A DNA stretch of 64,000 bases from Enoplolaimus lenunculus (Eukaryota): NCBI GenBank assembly GCA_030248215.1, contig JASANG010002574.1, positions 186,001 through 250,000 on the forward strand, written 5' to 3'. A program made the translations under genes and the position numbers. The notes under the pieces are model-generated. The model made no database searches, was not told where the DNA came from, and was given only the letters and a program-made list of their open reading frames with translations. This document shows, in pieces, positions 36,484 through 51,500 of this stretch; within the stretch, counting starts at the first letter, position 1; the number at the start of each line of letters is the position of its first letter.

Positions 36484-36686
36484 GGCCCATGTATAGAACA
36501 GGGCCGGAACACTAGTATATGCATATTCCTAAGCCTAAGCCTAAGCCTAAGCCTAAGCGTATGGATGAGCCTATTCCTAAGCCTAAGCCTAAGCCCAAGC
36601 TTAAGCCAAAATATTAGTCTAAAGCTTAAACTGACTCTATTATAGCCCCTAAGGAAAACGATCCGGCCCCGTTCTATATATTGGCC
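36484..36686. mobile_element. Family A MITE
   Basis: GGCCCATGTATAGAAC ... GTTCTATATATTGGCC with TSD GGCTATTT/GGCAATTT. Confidence 0.9.
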
Positions 36687-37604
36687 GGCAATTTGTTGCA
36701 TAAATCTTAGCTGAAGCGTAAATACAGCGAAAAGCGTGAAATAGCGTCAAATTGTCACTGTAGAAAACGTGCAATAAATACTGCAGTTAATATAAAACTC
36801 GAACGCACAATTCTATTCGAGCAAAAAGCGAAAATATTTTGGCAAACAGTTTTAAGCATTTTGCTATTTTACTCTTTAAAAGCTTAAACTAACTAGATTT
36901 AAACTTAAGCTAATCCAGTAGCATTAAATAATGTTAGTCGATTCACTAGACTAATCAGGTAGATAGATTTACGCTAAAACTCATTTGAAATCTTACACAC
37001 TTTTAGTTTAAGCTAAACTTAATGAATTCTTAGATATACATAATTGCGATGCTGCACTTGTAACTAAAACCAAACATAACTTTGACTTAAACTTGTGTTA
37101 AACTTAAAATATACGATAGCTTATGTAAAGCTTAAAAATGCTAGTTTAGTTATCTGTCCAACCATGTAAAATTTACATAAAGTAATATAATCAATTTAAG
37201 TTAAGCTATAGGCACATATTCTCCAGACATGTGTATGGCAAATATCATCAGTGAGTAATAAGTTTTCAAACTCGCCAACTATTGCAGTTGTTGAACTCAA
37301 AAATTGGTGCAGCAAGCAAATCATCTACAAAAATGTGCTGAATTTTTAGCCTAAGTTACAAGATCTCTCGCCAGCTGGTGATAGGTGCTACACACATTGA
37401 AGAATACGGGCTAGAATTTAAGTTTAAGTTTTTAGAGGGCAGTTTGTGCGTGAATCAATTGGTTTTTGCGTACGAATGTTTTTATTAACGGAAATAAATA
37501 TTATCGTAGCATTGAAGCACGATCACAGCCGACTTGCCGCCTCTATTTTGCTGGCTATACCCCTGTGTAGCTTTATAAAATCGTTAATTAAGTAAGTTTA
37601 ATAA

Positions 37605-38318
37605 AGCCTTTTTCACACGTGCAAGTTTTGGTAGCAAAAACATGCACATGCAATTCACATGTGCAAGTTTGATCACAAAATATGTTTGAAGTTCGTGCAG
37701 CTGCAAATTATTCACTGGAATTCGTACTATTACATTTAATTCGCACGTGTGAACGCAGTTGCAAGTCGCTTGAATTTCTTACATCTGTGTTTTGATTGGT
37801 CAATCGGAAGACACGTTGTTGAGCGCTTCGGAATTAACTCAGACTTTTTGAATTTATTTAAGAAGTTTGTATTAATTCAAGTATCAAATTGATTGATTTC
37901 TCGCAGTCTATGGCGATTGTGACCGGGCAAGTTTTTCATTTTTAAGCATTAAATAGGAACTGTATCGTTATAAAAACGTTTGTTTTTTGCAGCTAAAATT
38001 TGCAGCCGCATGTCTTTTTTAAAAAATTTATTCGAAGAACTTGCAGCTGCAATTTATTTATGAAAAATTTGCGCCAAGAAATAATTCATAAGCATGAATA
38101 ACCTTGCAAGTCGAATTAGTTCACAATCATTGGTTGAACTGATAATTCATAGTTTATGCTTCATATTTATTACAATCGTCTACAAATTATTCATATAAAT
38201 TCTTGTCAAGATTCAAAATGAAAATGACGTTTGTTTGCAAATACTTGCAGCTGCAAAAACTCGAGCAAGGTGCAGCTGCGAGTTCTTCCTGCAAAAACTT
38301 GCATGTGTGAATAGGGTT
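37605..38318. mobile_element. Family E Harbinger-like element, long form
   Basis: TAA|AGCCTTTTTCACACG ... TGTGAATAGGGTT|TAA. Confidence 0.8.
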
Positions 38319-38464
38319 TAAGGTTGTATATATGCTGTCCCAGGTACATTTCAATTTAAAAACGAAAAATACAACTTCATCTTTGAAATCTCATACCATA
38401 TTTGCACACATAAATATTTCGTTCATTCAATAGGAAACCAACATAAAAAATACAAAGAAGCGTA

Positions 38465-38613
38465 CACTGCAAAAAAATGGTGAGTCAAATTGACTCTCTC
38501 TGAAATAGGCTTTTCCTGACTACCTCTGGTGGAGTCGAATTTTGACTCCGTTTTTGTAGTCAAGAAAAGCCTATTTTAGAGAGAGTCAATTTGACTCACC
38601 CTTTTTTCCAGTG
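38465..38613. mobile_element. Family D palindromic MITE
   Basis: TA|CACTGCAAAAAA ... TTTTTTCCAGTG|TA, an almost fully self-complementary element. Confidence 0.85.
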
Positions 38614-38998
38614 TACAGAAATATAAAATAAACATAATTAAGACAATATATGGAATGTCTTCAGCATAAAATAATATTAATTGTCGAAGCTCGGTAGGTT
38701 TGATAAACAATAAATAAAAGTGATACAGATTCACGCATATTTTTTGTTTCAAGCAGTCCCGTAGCCAGCTCATCTTGCCAGGGGTGGGGCTTAAAAAATT
38801 TCAGTGGGGACGTACAATGGTTTTCGATGACTTACAAACACGGTTGAAAATCTGTCCCCTATGGCTACGGGTCTGGATTCAAGCGAATCTAAATAGATTA
38901 AGCACATTACTATTAATATACTTCAAAACTGTAACATAAAACATTTTACTATACTATAAAATTAACTAAATGTGAATTGACGTTTAAGTAATGAGTTA

Positions 38999-39292
38999 CG
39001 CCCTGATCACACGTGCAAGTTTTTGCAGCAAAAACTTACGTGCAAGTTGCATGTAAAAGTTTGGTCACAAGCAACTTTGAAGTTTTTGCAGCTGCAAATT
39101 ATTCACTGGAATTCATGCAATTGAATTTAATTAGCCTCTGTGAACGCAGTTGCACGTCGCTTGAATTTTGGTGCACCTGCAGTTTGATTGGTCAATCGTA
39201 ATGTTCCTTTGAACATACTTGCAGCTGCAAGTATTTCGTGCAAGTTGAAGGTGCGAGTTTTTGCTGCAAAACTTACACGTGTGAATGGGGCT
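38999..39292. mobile_element. Family E MITE
   Basis: TTA TSD with TIR ..GCCCTGATCACACGTG / CACGTGTGAATGGGGCT. Confidence 0.8.
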
Positions 39293-39599
39293 TTATATAT
39301 TTTATAAACTGGTTGTTAAATTCTACTTTGCCCAAAAAAGATCAGAAAATCTTGAAAAAATGAACAAAGAACGAAGACAATTTCGCTTTAAAACAAACTA
39401 AAATTATAATCCATGATTGGACTATTTTGAGCACTGCATTAATAATTTCGTTAACGAACCACAAATTAAGAAGTAATATTAATAGTTTTAAAGTAATTGT
39501 GTAATACCGAAAATACATTAACTGCCAAACTCGTACAGGTGTTTATATGGAAAATATACCGCAAATTAGCGTTAGTTAAACTCGATCAAAAAGCCACGT

Positions 39600-42500
39600 T
39601 TAGTATTTCGCTCGCTCATTTGCGGCAAAATTAGTTATAAATTTAACCAAATTATCAGTTCTCAAAATACACCAACCAATCGGATCCGAGCAATCTTCGT
39701 CCAATAAACAATTGAGATTATCAGGAACGCACGCTTGTTCGCCAATCATATCGAGTTCTGGACACCCAATCGGAATGCCTGGCTGTGGCGTTATATAAAT
39801 GGGATCGCGGAAATAACAACGTGTCCGTGTCGATTCTTGTTCTGAAATACTTGTAATTCACGTTTAGGTATTAATAAAGTGCCTGTTCAAATTAAAAAAA
39901 AACACAGTAACCCAATGCTTAAACAGTGTCATTTGTAGGTACTGCTCTGCGATTGGAGTAGCGACATTTCAAGCAACCTGCAGGTCTTATCTTCCGATTT
40001 CAATTTATTGTTTAACATTAATTGTACAATAAAATAAACAATCATATGAACATGATAGTGTTCATAAATATGGTTCGCGCATATCAAATGTGAATTTTCA
40101 GTTTTGTTCCCATATGTTGGTACTCAAGTTATATCAGACCAGTCTCGTTCAAATTTTGTACACCGGTAGCCAAGGATACGCTGGAAATATCTGTGCCATG
40201 GGATTTGCCAAAATCATTTTTTTATCGGTTAGCTATGTAATTTTTATGGTTATAACTCTACAGGTACAGTTTATGGAATCATTGTTTTAACTTCTGTGTC
40301 AAAAGTTTTTATTATCTACTATGCTAAGATTACACAGTGTTTATTTACACAGGATATTTAAATTTTTACACATTCGCTAAATTTTTCCCACGCAAGGCTT
40401 AACCCCAATGCTTGATCTCAGCCGAACGGTTGCTTTCACTCCAGTGGGTGGTAGTTTCATCCCAACGATGGATTTTTACCCAAACGTTTGGTTTCACACC
40501 AACGACTGACTGGTTTGACTCGAACGATTTGTTTTACCACAGTAAATTTTTTACTCAAAGCTTTGTTTCACCCTAACGGATGGTTTTACTCCAACGCTTC
40601 GGTTTACACCGATTATTTGATTCACGCTAATTGTCACGAAAACAGTTTATTTCAATCAAACGATTTATTTATACTCAGTCTTAGTTCGTCCGAACTTCTG
40701 ATTGGTGGATTTAAGCAACTGCTTGATAGTGGTTGAAACTAGAAAAAATTGCTCATTACTTGAGCGTCATGGGATATGTTTCGTGTTCCTATTAAAACGA
40801 CTAATTTGTTGCTGAACTTATAAGTCGATTTTTGATCTTAGTCGATTTTTGACCTTAGTGACAAAACAAACAAGTTTGCAGGTCTAAAGTTTCTGTGAAT
40901 GCTCATTTACTAGTCGCGTTACTTGTTTGACTATGGATAGTCAGAACTAGAAGCTCAAAAATCAAGCTGACAAGAGCAAAAATTTAAAATTTCAGCCATG
41001 TCTGTGCAACCTTGTGGTTATCTAAGGAATTTCGGAAATATTCTAACAAGAATTTTGCTACAATTTTCAAATTAGAAATACTTTTGTTTTTGTTGTCCGC
41101 AATATGTTTCAGAAGAATTTATAGTTTACATGATATCGGACGATAAAGTTCCATAAAACCCTATTCACACGTGCAAGTTTTTACAGCAAAAAGTTGCGCG
41201 TGCAACTTTCACGCGCAAGGTTGATCACACAGCAGCATTTGAAGTTTTTGCTGCTGCAAGTTATTCACTCGAATTTATGCTATTGAATTTAATTCGCACC
41301 TGTGAATGAAATTGCAAGTCACTTGAATTTCTTGAACCCGCATTTTGGTTGGTCAATCGGAATGGTCCTTTAAAAATACTTACAGCTGCAAGTATTTCAT
41401 GCAAGTTACAGCTGCGAGTTCTGATTGCAAAAACTTGCACGTGTGAATGGGGCATAACGCTTTTCCATATTACGTCAAGCGACAGTGCTGGTTTAGTTAT
41501 CATTTTTGATAGGAATACAAGGCAGTGCTGAGCAATTTTTTCTAGTTTTATTTTCAGCTTCAGCACTGGTGTATATATTGATGTGAAAATAGCGTTTTGG
41601 TATGTATCCGATTCATTTCAGAGTTTATCCGACCGTTTTGAAAGATGCCATTTAAAAGGCAAAAAGCGTTCAAAATAGCGTTTTATTTTCTGACACTGAC
41701 TTACCTTCGTTACAAAACCGGCCAGTCCAGTAAGGATCACATCTGCAATAAGGCCCGGCGCTATCGGACTCACAGCGGCCATGTGAACCACATGATTCGT
41801 TGAATGTTGAGTATCCGCGAAACGGCTGTAGACAGGGATCGTTATCTAAAAATGAATAAAAAACACATAATTTAAAAAACCCAAATTTTTAATTTAAATA
41901 AACACGAATTTTAGCATTTGCTGTCTGATATTCCAATATTCTTCTTAAAAAAATACTCAATTTGGTTACATTCCTTAGCAAACAACTTTCTTTATGGGCC
42001 ATCCACCTTATAATGCGCGCTAATGTAAAAATTTGTCCAACCGCCCGGTAGGGATCTGTGTACAAATCGAAGTTGTAACTAGCGTGTAGGTACAATTTTA
42101 TGCGGTACTTAGTCAATATTAGTTGTCCCAACACTGTCCGAAGAAAGTCGGGACGAAAGGTAAAAAATTAAGCAAAATAAATAAGTGTATATATGTGTTT
42201 GTGTTGTTGTTATGTATGCTTGCGATGCTATATGAACACAGTGCAATATGTCTTTACGTCCTCGTTCGGGACTACCGAACGTTATAGTGGTCTCGCAATA
42301 CAGCGTGTTAAAACGACGTCGGGCCTTACTAGATCCAGGCATTTTATTGTAGTAGCGCGTGCAGTATAAACTTGATGTTCCGTTAATTAACTCGTGTTCA
42401 CATGAATATTTTATATCAGACATACGTTCAAACTTAGAGTCGAAGAGTGGGTTGCAGAGTGGTAGGGGTTTACCATTTTTACTCAAAACAGCATATTCGT

Positions 42501-45500
42501 AGTATACGTTAAAAGCTACGCATTGTGGTTAAAAATTCAAGTGCTTAGTTTGCGCTATTACACTTCAAACATGGTGAGTCAAATTGACTCTCTCTGAAAT
42601 AGCCTTTTCCAGACTACAGAAACTCAGCCAAATTCGATTCCGCCAGAGTCAAATTCGACTCACTGAGTCGCTAAATGAATCGAATTTGACTCTGGCGGAG
42701 TCGAATTTAACTCAGTTTGTGCAGTCCCGAAGAAGCCTATTTTGGAGAGAGCCAATTTGACTCACCAATTTTTTCAGTGTAGTTGATCATAGTCTACTTT
42801 ATGGGAAAAGCGGTTAACAGCAACCCTGAAACCGTAAATTTAATTTTTCACATTTATTTCAACATTGGCCCATGTAAAGATCAAGGGTGGAACGTTTTTC
42901 TATGGAACCAGAAAAGAGTAAGCTTAAGCTTTAGACTAATATATTTTGCTTGGCTTAGGCTTAGGGTTAGGCTTAGGCTAAGGAATATGCTCGTTCTTAA
43001 CGCTTAGGCTATGGCTTAGACTTAGACTTAGACCTACGAATATGCTTATGATACTGTTTAGCCCCTGTTCTTTACATTGGCGTCAACTTTTATGCAGTCT
43101 AAATCTAGCGGTTACTAGTTTAACTTGTATGGATTCTCTGTTATATTGTTAGGGATTAATGGATAACTTTGTATTGTGGAATGAAATATGGCTTTGTTAA
43201 CCTGAGCAAACTTGAGTTTGAATTTGTTTGATCAGATCGTTGTTGAGCACCGTAAACGTTTCAGCCATAAAAATTCGTGAGTCGTCGCCAGCAACAGCGG
43301 ATATTTGTTCCAGGTCCAAATTGTCTCCAATTCCAATTGCAACGGTTTCTGATCCTAAATTGCGAATGCGCGCAGCTTCATCTTTAGGATCATCCTGAAA
43401 TCATACTTTAAAGTACATTGGTCAATGTATAGAACAGGGCCGTAACAGTAGTATAAACTTATTTCTAAGCCTAAGCCTAAGCGTTGCAAAAATGTGTTCC
43501 TAAGCCTAAACCTAAGTCTAAGTCTAAGCGTATGGATGAGCCTATTCCTAAGCTTAAGCCTAAGCCTAAGCCTAAGCAAAAAATGTATTCTAGAATCTAA
43601 AACTACTTTTTTATGGACCCACCAGAAACCTGGACGCCCGCTAAAGTAACATGGGCCGGTCAGTGTATAGAACTTGGCAGTAACAGTAGTATTAGCGTAT
43701 TACTAAGCCAAAGTCTCAGCTTAAGCCTATGCCTGAACCTAAGCGCAAGAATGATGTTATACCTAAGTCTAAGCGTGAGCAAAAAATAGTCGAAAGCTTA
43801 AGCTTACTCTATTGCAGTACCGCACAAAAACGTTCCGCCCATGATCTTTACATGGGCTCAATAATTTAGCCGTGTATTGGTTGCCAGATACGGTACACAT
43901 GAATAGTTCTAAGTTTAATTATATTGAAACTTAAAGTTAACACTTAACTTAACCCAAAATCGACGCTTAAGTCTAGCAGTCTCTAAATCACACCAGTTTC
44001 CCTGGTTTTAAATAGAAACAACCCTTATTATCAACAATGTCTACGAATTAATTTCACAGATTTTACAATGAATGACTGAACGCAACCACAACAATTACTA
44101 CAAAAACTGAAATTCTAGCTTGATTTCATTAAAAATCAGGTATCATCAGGAACCAAGGTGTAAGCACTGGCTTCAGCTATAATGAATTTCTCACGTCATT
44201 CTGCAACATTGAGACAAAGACAAGAAATTTTAATCATTTTTTTCAACTGAATAAATATTGTTTTAAGATATACACCTGTATTTTTTTTACATATGTACAG
44301 CAGCTATCATCATTTAGTAATAGGTCTTCAAACTCAATAACTATTGCCGTTGTTGAACTCAAAATTAGTGCAGGAGTAGAACAAATCAGATGCGAAAAAT
44401 GTGCGAAATGTACAGCCTCAACATTTACTGGTACAAAAGGTACAACTGCATACATTTGACAGTACCGGTCATTGATTCAAACAAAAACTAGAGTTAAGCA
44501 CAAAGTAGATATATTCAATTTAAATTAAAGCCCTATTCACAAGCGCAAGTTTATAAAGCAAAAAATTGCGCGTGCAACTTGCATGTACAAGTTTGGTCAC
44601 AAATCAGCTTTGAAATTCTTGCACCTGCAAAATAATTCACTGGAATTCATGCCATTGAATTTAATTAGTATCTTTGAACGCAGTTGCACGTCGCTTCGAA
44701 TTTCTTACATCTGCAGTTTGATTGGTCAATCGGAATGTTCCTTTACAAACACTTGCATCTGCAAGTATTTCGTGCAAATTGCAGCTGCGAGTTTTTGTTG
44801 CAGAAACTTGCACGTGTGAATGGAGCTTAATGCTTACATTGGATACTCCGTCTGTAATCACAATCACAAACGACAACACATTATCCCGGTGTCCTTTTGA
44901 TGGTTTCATTACTACATCTTGAGCATATCGCAAAGCGCGCCCGATGTTGGTTCGGCCATACCGGTATGAAATATTTGAAATGGCTCCTGAAACAACGTGG
45001 CACATTCATGATTTCATTTTACAGCCCTTGTTACATTTTGAGGCGTCTACCGTTCCGTTGAGATTACAATAGAAAACACTTACATTTTGCTTTGAAATCT
45101 TGAGCCATGTAAAGATCTGGGGCAGAACGTTTTTCTGTAGGCTCACTCTGAGTTGAGTTGATTATCCACTCTCAGTTGGTTTGATTCCGGGAGAGTTGAT
45201 CAGTTAAATTGAGTTGAATCAACTCGCACTTCTAAAGTTCTGATAGTCCTAACTCAGACTGAGTAAATACAACTCATTCTGAGTTAAAATTAACTCACTG
45301 CAATTTACAGTGTTGTCCGTCAAACGCCAAACTAAAATGCGAAACTTTACTTTTAAGTTGTTCTTTTGTCAAATGTGCATCATACGCAAATTCTAAGTAG
45401 ACTTCGTGTGAAAATTGAACGACTGCAACGCGAGTTTCGTTCGGTCCAATTGCGAATTGATCAACGAAATCTTGTAAAAATTGCAACGTTCGTTCAAAGT

Positions 45501-48500
45501 TTTCTTGACCGACGCTTGAACTCCCGTCGACAACGAACAGAATATCGGATGCTTGAGATTCGCAACTTTTCGGTTCTAAAATATATGCTCATGAGTGCTT
45601 TGAGGCGGTGAGAATACACTAGAGCACTGTAAAGTACAATGAGTTAATTAATCAACTCAGAGAGAATGGATTGTTTCTGATGATTTCTGAGTAATTAGAA
45701 GTAAACATTAACTGGCAATGAGCTGATTTAATTCTGGGTGAGTTGATTAATTAACTCAGAATGAGTTCAGTCAATTCAGAATTTTGAGTTCAAACTCAGA
45801 ATGAGTTCAGTCAATTCAGAATTTTGAGTTCTGAAACACTTAATTTAAGGGTTAACTCTTTCAGAAGTTAAAATTCTGAATTGATTGAACTTTTTCTTAG
45901 TTAATTAATCAACTCATCGGGAATTAAATTAGCTCATTGCGAGTTAATGTTTACTGTTAACATCTCAGAAATATTCAATTCTCTATGAGTTAAAGCTTGT
46001 GTACTTGCGAAAATGTGAATAGGTCCGACGGAATGTACGTACTCATGCGAGCAGTACTTCATTCAGATTCAACCTGGATTCAAAATTATGCAAACAGACG
46101 AGATTTCAAAGCTCACATAAGGATTAATAAACAAAACCAACGGAATATCAAAATCTTTTAGTTCAAGGTTCAGTTGAAATTTTTTCAAATTACAAATTTT
46201 CAATCAAAATTTGAACGAGTAATCGAATGTTAACAAAAGCTCTAATTACTGAACTTTGGACTCGCGATTCAACGCAAATTGAAAGATTTTAGTTTAAAAT
46301 TTGTTAATAATTTTGGCTATTAGCAAAAAAAACAAAGCGATAACGTGAAAAAAACGGTTGTAAAAAGTGCCGGCGGAATTGCCTTCCCCAAACCCTCGCA
46401 CTGGATGTGTGACCCTTGAGCGGACCATCCTAAATTTTTTTGCAGACCACAAAGTTATAGAGCTGTCAAACATTTTTTGGGGGTACCTCCTCGGACCTGT
46501 TTTGGGAGGGGCGGACTATCCTACGGCGGTCTTGGTTTTAAATGAATTGAAGTCATGATTGCGCCACAAGACGCAACACAAATGAATTACCTTTCAATGG
46601 TAAAAACCTTGAATTTCTCCATGGTAATTGACGACATCTTGACTCAGCAATTAATATTAATACCAAGACATAGTGGGCAAATGAGAAATTCGATTGCCAC
46701 TGCATAATATCCACAGTCTATGCTTTTTCACTTATTTTACTTTTCACTTATTTTAGTTTTTAGAAAATTAAAATTCGCACAAAAAAAGATTTCAAAATAA
46801 ATTAAATCAATCAAAATCAAACTGAACTATGAATGACACTTGTTCGTATTTGTCAACTATGCAACTATTATATACTTAATATTAAGTAAAACATTTTTTT
46901 TCAAATTTTAAAACGTTTGTATCAAAGACTCAAAATAATAATTTACTCATATTTTAAGTGTTTTTTTTCATTCGGATTGAGTACGACAGGTGTAAGCAGA
47001 GCCAGAACAGCCTCCCCCCATATCCCTCATTTGTGGCACCTCACCCCGAAGAGGGGCACTCAACCTAACAATTTTTTAAATAAAAAATTTGAAAAATATT
47101 TTAATCGTCGCAAAGGGCCTTCACCCCGAAACTTTGGGGGACCCACCCTGGCCTGCTTCGGCACTGGGTAAAGGTACCACAACCTTTTGTTCAGGCCTAA
47201 GCCTAAGGCTAAACCTAAGCCTAAGCCTAAGCCTAAGCCTAAGCCTAAGCCCAAGCCTAAGCTTAAGCCTAAGCCTTAGCCTAAGCCTAAGCCTAAGCCT
47301 AAGCCTAAGCCTAAGCCTAAGCCTAAGCCTAAGCCTAAGCCTAAGCCTAAGCCTAAGCCTAAGCCTAAGCCTAAGCCTAAGCCTAAGCCTAAGCCTAAGC
47401 CTAAGCCTAAGCCTAAGCCTAAGCCTAAGCCTAAGCCTAAGCCTAAGCCTAAGCCTAAGCCTAAGCCTAAGCCTAAGCCTACGCCTAAGTGTAATCACCG
47501 CAACAAAATACATAGTTGTTATAGTAAAAGCCACAATGATTGCCAAATTTGCAACGCCAACATCGCTTGCAATTAATTTAGCAAAAACAGTTTTTCTTAA
47601 TCATTCACAAAACTGTTTGTTGTATTGTTTACTTGAAATCTTAAGACCAAAAATTAGCTGAAACAATGCCCAAATTACGTATTCAAGCTTTATTTTAACT
47701 TTACCGCTACATTTTGTTACACAAACCGTATCGCTTACGTGTACGAACCGATTATGTGATATTTTGACCATAAAAAATAAACGCTGGTACCCGCAAGGCC
47801 AATTTGAAATTTAACCTAATTTATTTCTCGCCTACAATATTACCCTACCAGATTGAATGCCAGCGATATTTATACATTACAATTACTTAATATCCAGACT
47901 GAAAAGTAATTGAAAACTGTATGAAAATCAAGTAATTGCAAATTTCTTAAAATCTATCAAAAAAATCAAGTATTGCAATCTGATTGACAAATTGTAGATC
48001 GAATTCAATTAAATAACTTTTTGACCAAATGCTTGCAGTTAAATAAGCTAACACGTGGTGTATAAAAATTACGTTTTACGATTTTTTTATGAAAAGTTTA
48101 ATTACGAAAAAAAATTGGGTTTTTTGAAACTTACGCAACAATGCAACTGCCTCCCGGTTGTCGTCTCGATCGTCACAGAATCGACCGCTCCATCCAGCGT
48201 TACATCGACAAAAAGGACCTGCTGAATCAGCGTGACACGCACCATTTGGACTGCACGCAGTACGGAATGAAGTATAGTTGGACACTGGACGGCCACAAGG
48301 ATCGATCTCTAGAATTATTTTTCCAGTTCCAACAAAAAATTTACTACATTTTTGGTCGATGTAAAGAACAAGACCGTAACAGTAGTATAAGAATATTCCT
48401 AAACCTAACGTCAAGCATAAGCAAAAAATTGGTTTTTGGTTTTTAAAATGAAGCTTAAAAGCGGCCGCCCGCCTCTGATCTCTACATGGCCTTATGATAT

Positions 48501-51500
48501 TAACCTGTAGACGACAGTTCTCAGATGTTCAATGTGTACAAACGCCAGAATGTCACGTGAGATTTATGCGACTATCATATGATATTAACATAAGCACAAC
48601 GATAAGCCTATACCTAAGCTTAAGCGTAAGCCTAAGCAAAAAATAGTCTAGAGCTTACGCTTACCTACTGTTTACCACTGATCTAGATATATACATGGGC
48701 CAATATTTTACAATTCTCACTTAATAGTGGTCAGTGGTCACTCAACTATAAATGATGGTACAGTAAGTTTGCATACCTCTTTCGCAATTGCTTCCGGTCC
48801 ATCCACAATCGCATACGCAATATCCGTGTCCGCTGCATGTGTCGTCGCTACTGCGTTCTTCCGGTGTAAAAAATACATTGTTTCGTTCTGAATCTGTCAA
48901 CGCAGAGCTTCCGGCGGCAATTTTGACTTTTCCAATCCTACTTTGATCGCCAGCGACCACAGCAATTCGTTGCTCCGCAGTTATCGATGTTGTGTGTTGC
49001 GTAGTTGTTGCAACGTCGGATTCAGTTGTTGTCCGCTCTTCAGCTGTTGTTGCTGTTGTCGTTGTTTCTTTGTCTTCGCTATCGTTCGAATCTTCTGTAG
49101 TAACTTCGTCGTCTCGTTTGTCGGTTTCTGTTGTCGGTTCCGTTGACTGTTCCGTACTTTTTGCTGGAGGATATTCGCCGGATGGAAGGCCGATGATCGG
49201 TTCGTCAACTCTGAAAACAAATACACCAGCGCGTCCGACGTTTGATTTCTCTTCAATCGCAACGATATCCGGTGAACACGACCCAGGAAGATTGTAAAAT
49301 TGTTGCGTGTTTCCAGCGTCAAAGCCAGCTCTCGCTTCGTTGCCTCCCAATCCGTAGACTTTATCGCCACCGCTGTTCGAATTGGCTCCAGTTGTCCATG
49401 TGATGTTGCCGTAGTAGAAGAATACAAACGAGTTCGATCCGTCAGTGGTGATAATCGATTGAAACGTGTTTTCAGGGACTGGTCCTTCTTGACGCCGAGT
49501 TCGGCCTTTGAGACGCGCCTCGAAGAATGTAACACGATGCCATGTGACCACGAACGCCCAAGTCAAACGAACCTAAAAACCCAACAAACTCAAATTAATA
49601 CGAAACATCTCGAAGACAAGTAGTAAAAATTGATAAATTTCAAAATGGAAGTTGTACCATATTTCAGCGTTAAAAATTGCGTAGAAATTGAAAATTAGCA
49701 AAAAATAGTACTTAAAATAGCCTGATAGCTGCAATTCTTACAACATCGTCTTAAACATTTGGCCAACTTCCAAATTGTAGCCAATGTAAACAACAGGGGC
49801 GGTAAAGTATTATAAGCATATTCCTAAACCTAAGCCTAAGCCTAAGCCTAAGCGTAAGAATGAGCATATGCTTAGGCTCAAGCCTAAACCTAAGTCTAAG
49901 CCAAGCAAAAAATTAGTCTAAAGCTTAAGATTACTCTTTTCTAGTCCCACTGAAAAACGTTCCGCCCCTGAACTTTAGGTACATGGGCGCAAATTGGTTA
50001 GGATCACTATTTTCCTGCAACATGTAAACAATTGTGGCCAAAGTTAAAAGTCCTCGAAATGAGGTTTTTAGCAGAAGTTGCGTCTATGGGTAGCGCTATA
50101 CTTTTGATGACGTCCGGCGCTGTCTGTCACCCGTGTGCGGCACTGTCTATCAGCGCACGGTATCACACGTGAGTAATTCACGTATGATATCGTACGGTAA
50201 CGCACGGTGGCGAACAGCGACGGACAGACGACGGCAGACGGCGATGGACGACGCCACAAGTCACTAAAAGCGCTACCGTTACCCGTTTCAAGTCTGGAAA
50301 TGCGCTTTCAATTTCTCTGGCCAGACGCTCTAACACGGTAACGTTGACCGATTCACGGTAGTATATTTTGCCATAACGATATTTGCGTGTATCAACGTCG
50401 GCCCAGTACGGAGCAATCATTTTGTACTCGTGTTCTCTTGGCGAACAATCAGGAGTGTAGCGTGTGATTTTTTGCTCAAAGGAGAGTGCTCCGTTTGTAT
50501 TGACCAAGAGTGATTTGTAGTGACGTCCAAAAAACGGAAACCCGGGATCAGGAATTGGAATCGGCGCCGAGAACGTGTCGTCGCCTTTTGGAAGGACGGT
50601 ATCGCGGTCGGACGCTGGACCAAACGGGATCATATTGTCGATAGGAACGCGAGCTACAATTAGCGTCCACAGTGTCGACACGATGACGGATTGAAGGAAC
50701 CTAGAATATTGAAACTAAGACGTGTGTATAAACTGAACGTAAAATTTAATTCCCATGTTGTCTATAAGGGTTTAACGTAAGCCTAAGCCTAAAATTAAGC
50801 ATGTAATGTTAGTTTACGTCTAATTTCACATTATGTTGCAATGGACAATTTTTAATTTGTCTACACGAGCGACTTTTCTGTCGTTATATCCAAATGACAA
50901 CTTAACTATCTATGTAAACTTAATCCTAAACCTAAGCTTAAATCCTAAAGCCAAGATAAACATTAGCCCCTTCTCACATTGAGTTGCCTGTAGGCAACTC
51001 AGCGCAGTGTATATACGTTAAATAGTATATATCGCACCGTGTTTAACAATTGCAACACGTATACATAGTACTAAATTACCACAAGACGTGAGAGCCCTTT
51101 CGGGCTCAAGCGTCAAGCTCCTATAGCTAAGTGGTGACGGTATACTCCTCCCACTCCAGTCACTAGAGTTTGAATCCTAGCATAAAAGTAGGTCTCAGGG
51201 GAAATAGAAAATATTCATGTGAGAAAGGGTTAAGTAGTAAGTCATGCTTAAGCATGTTTTCAGAAACCCAGTCATTATGTTCTAAAGTAATAAACGACAA
51301 TGGCAGAGAAATGCTAATACAATACCATTCCTTTCAATTTCCAAATTAGGCAACGTTTAAACCAGATCAACTAGAATCACATTTTAAAAAAATTGTTAAA
51401 ATCCAAGATTAGATAAGCGTTTGTTCTGCTATGCAAAGCAAGTAAATAGTTGAAAGCGTACACCAGGGCAGGTAAAGAATATATTTTCTGCAAAATTTCG

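Noticed and set aside
40666..40738. Alternative terminal exon of the NIDO gene (TTTTCTAG then [24 protein letters not shown])
   Set aside because: Short and featureless. The 39841-39600 exon is longer, Cys-rich and in phase. It cannot be excluded as a minor isoform.
47195..47488. True chromosome end or scaffold misjoin
   Set aside because: The exons on either side splice in frame into one coherent protein, which favours an interstitial array.
47089..47661. ORFs with long LSLS or RLRL runs (also 36465-36701, 43355-43579, 34258-34455, 5620-5802)
   Set aside because: These are translations of (GCCTAA)n/(TTAGGC)n repeats in the array and in MITEs, with no gene structure.
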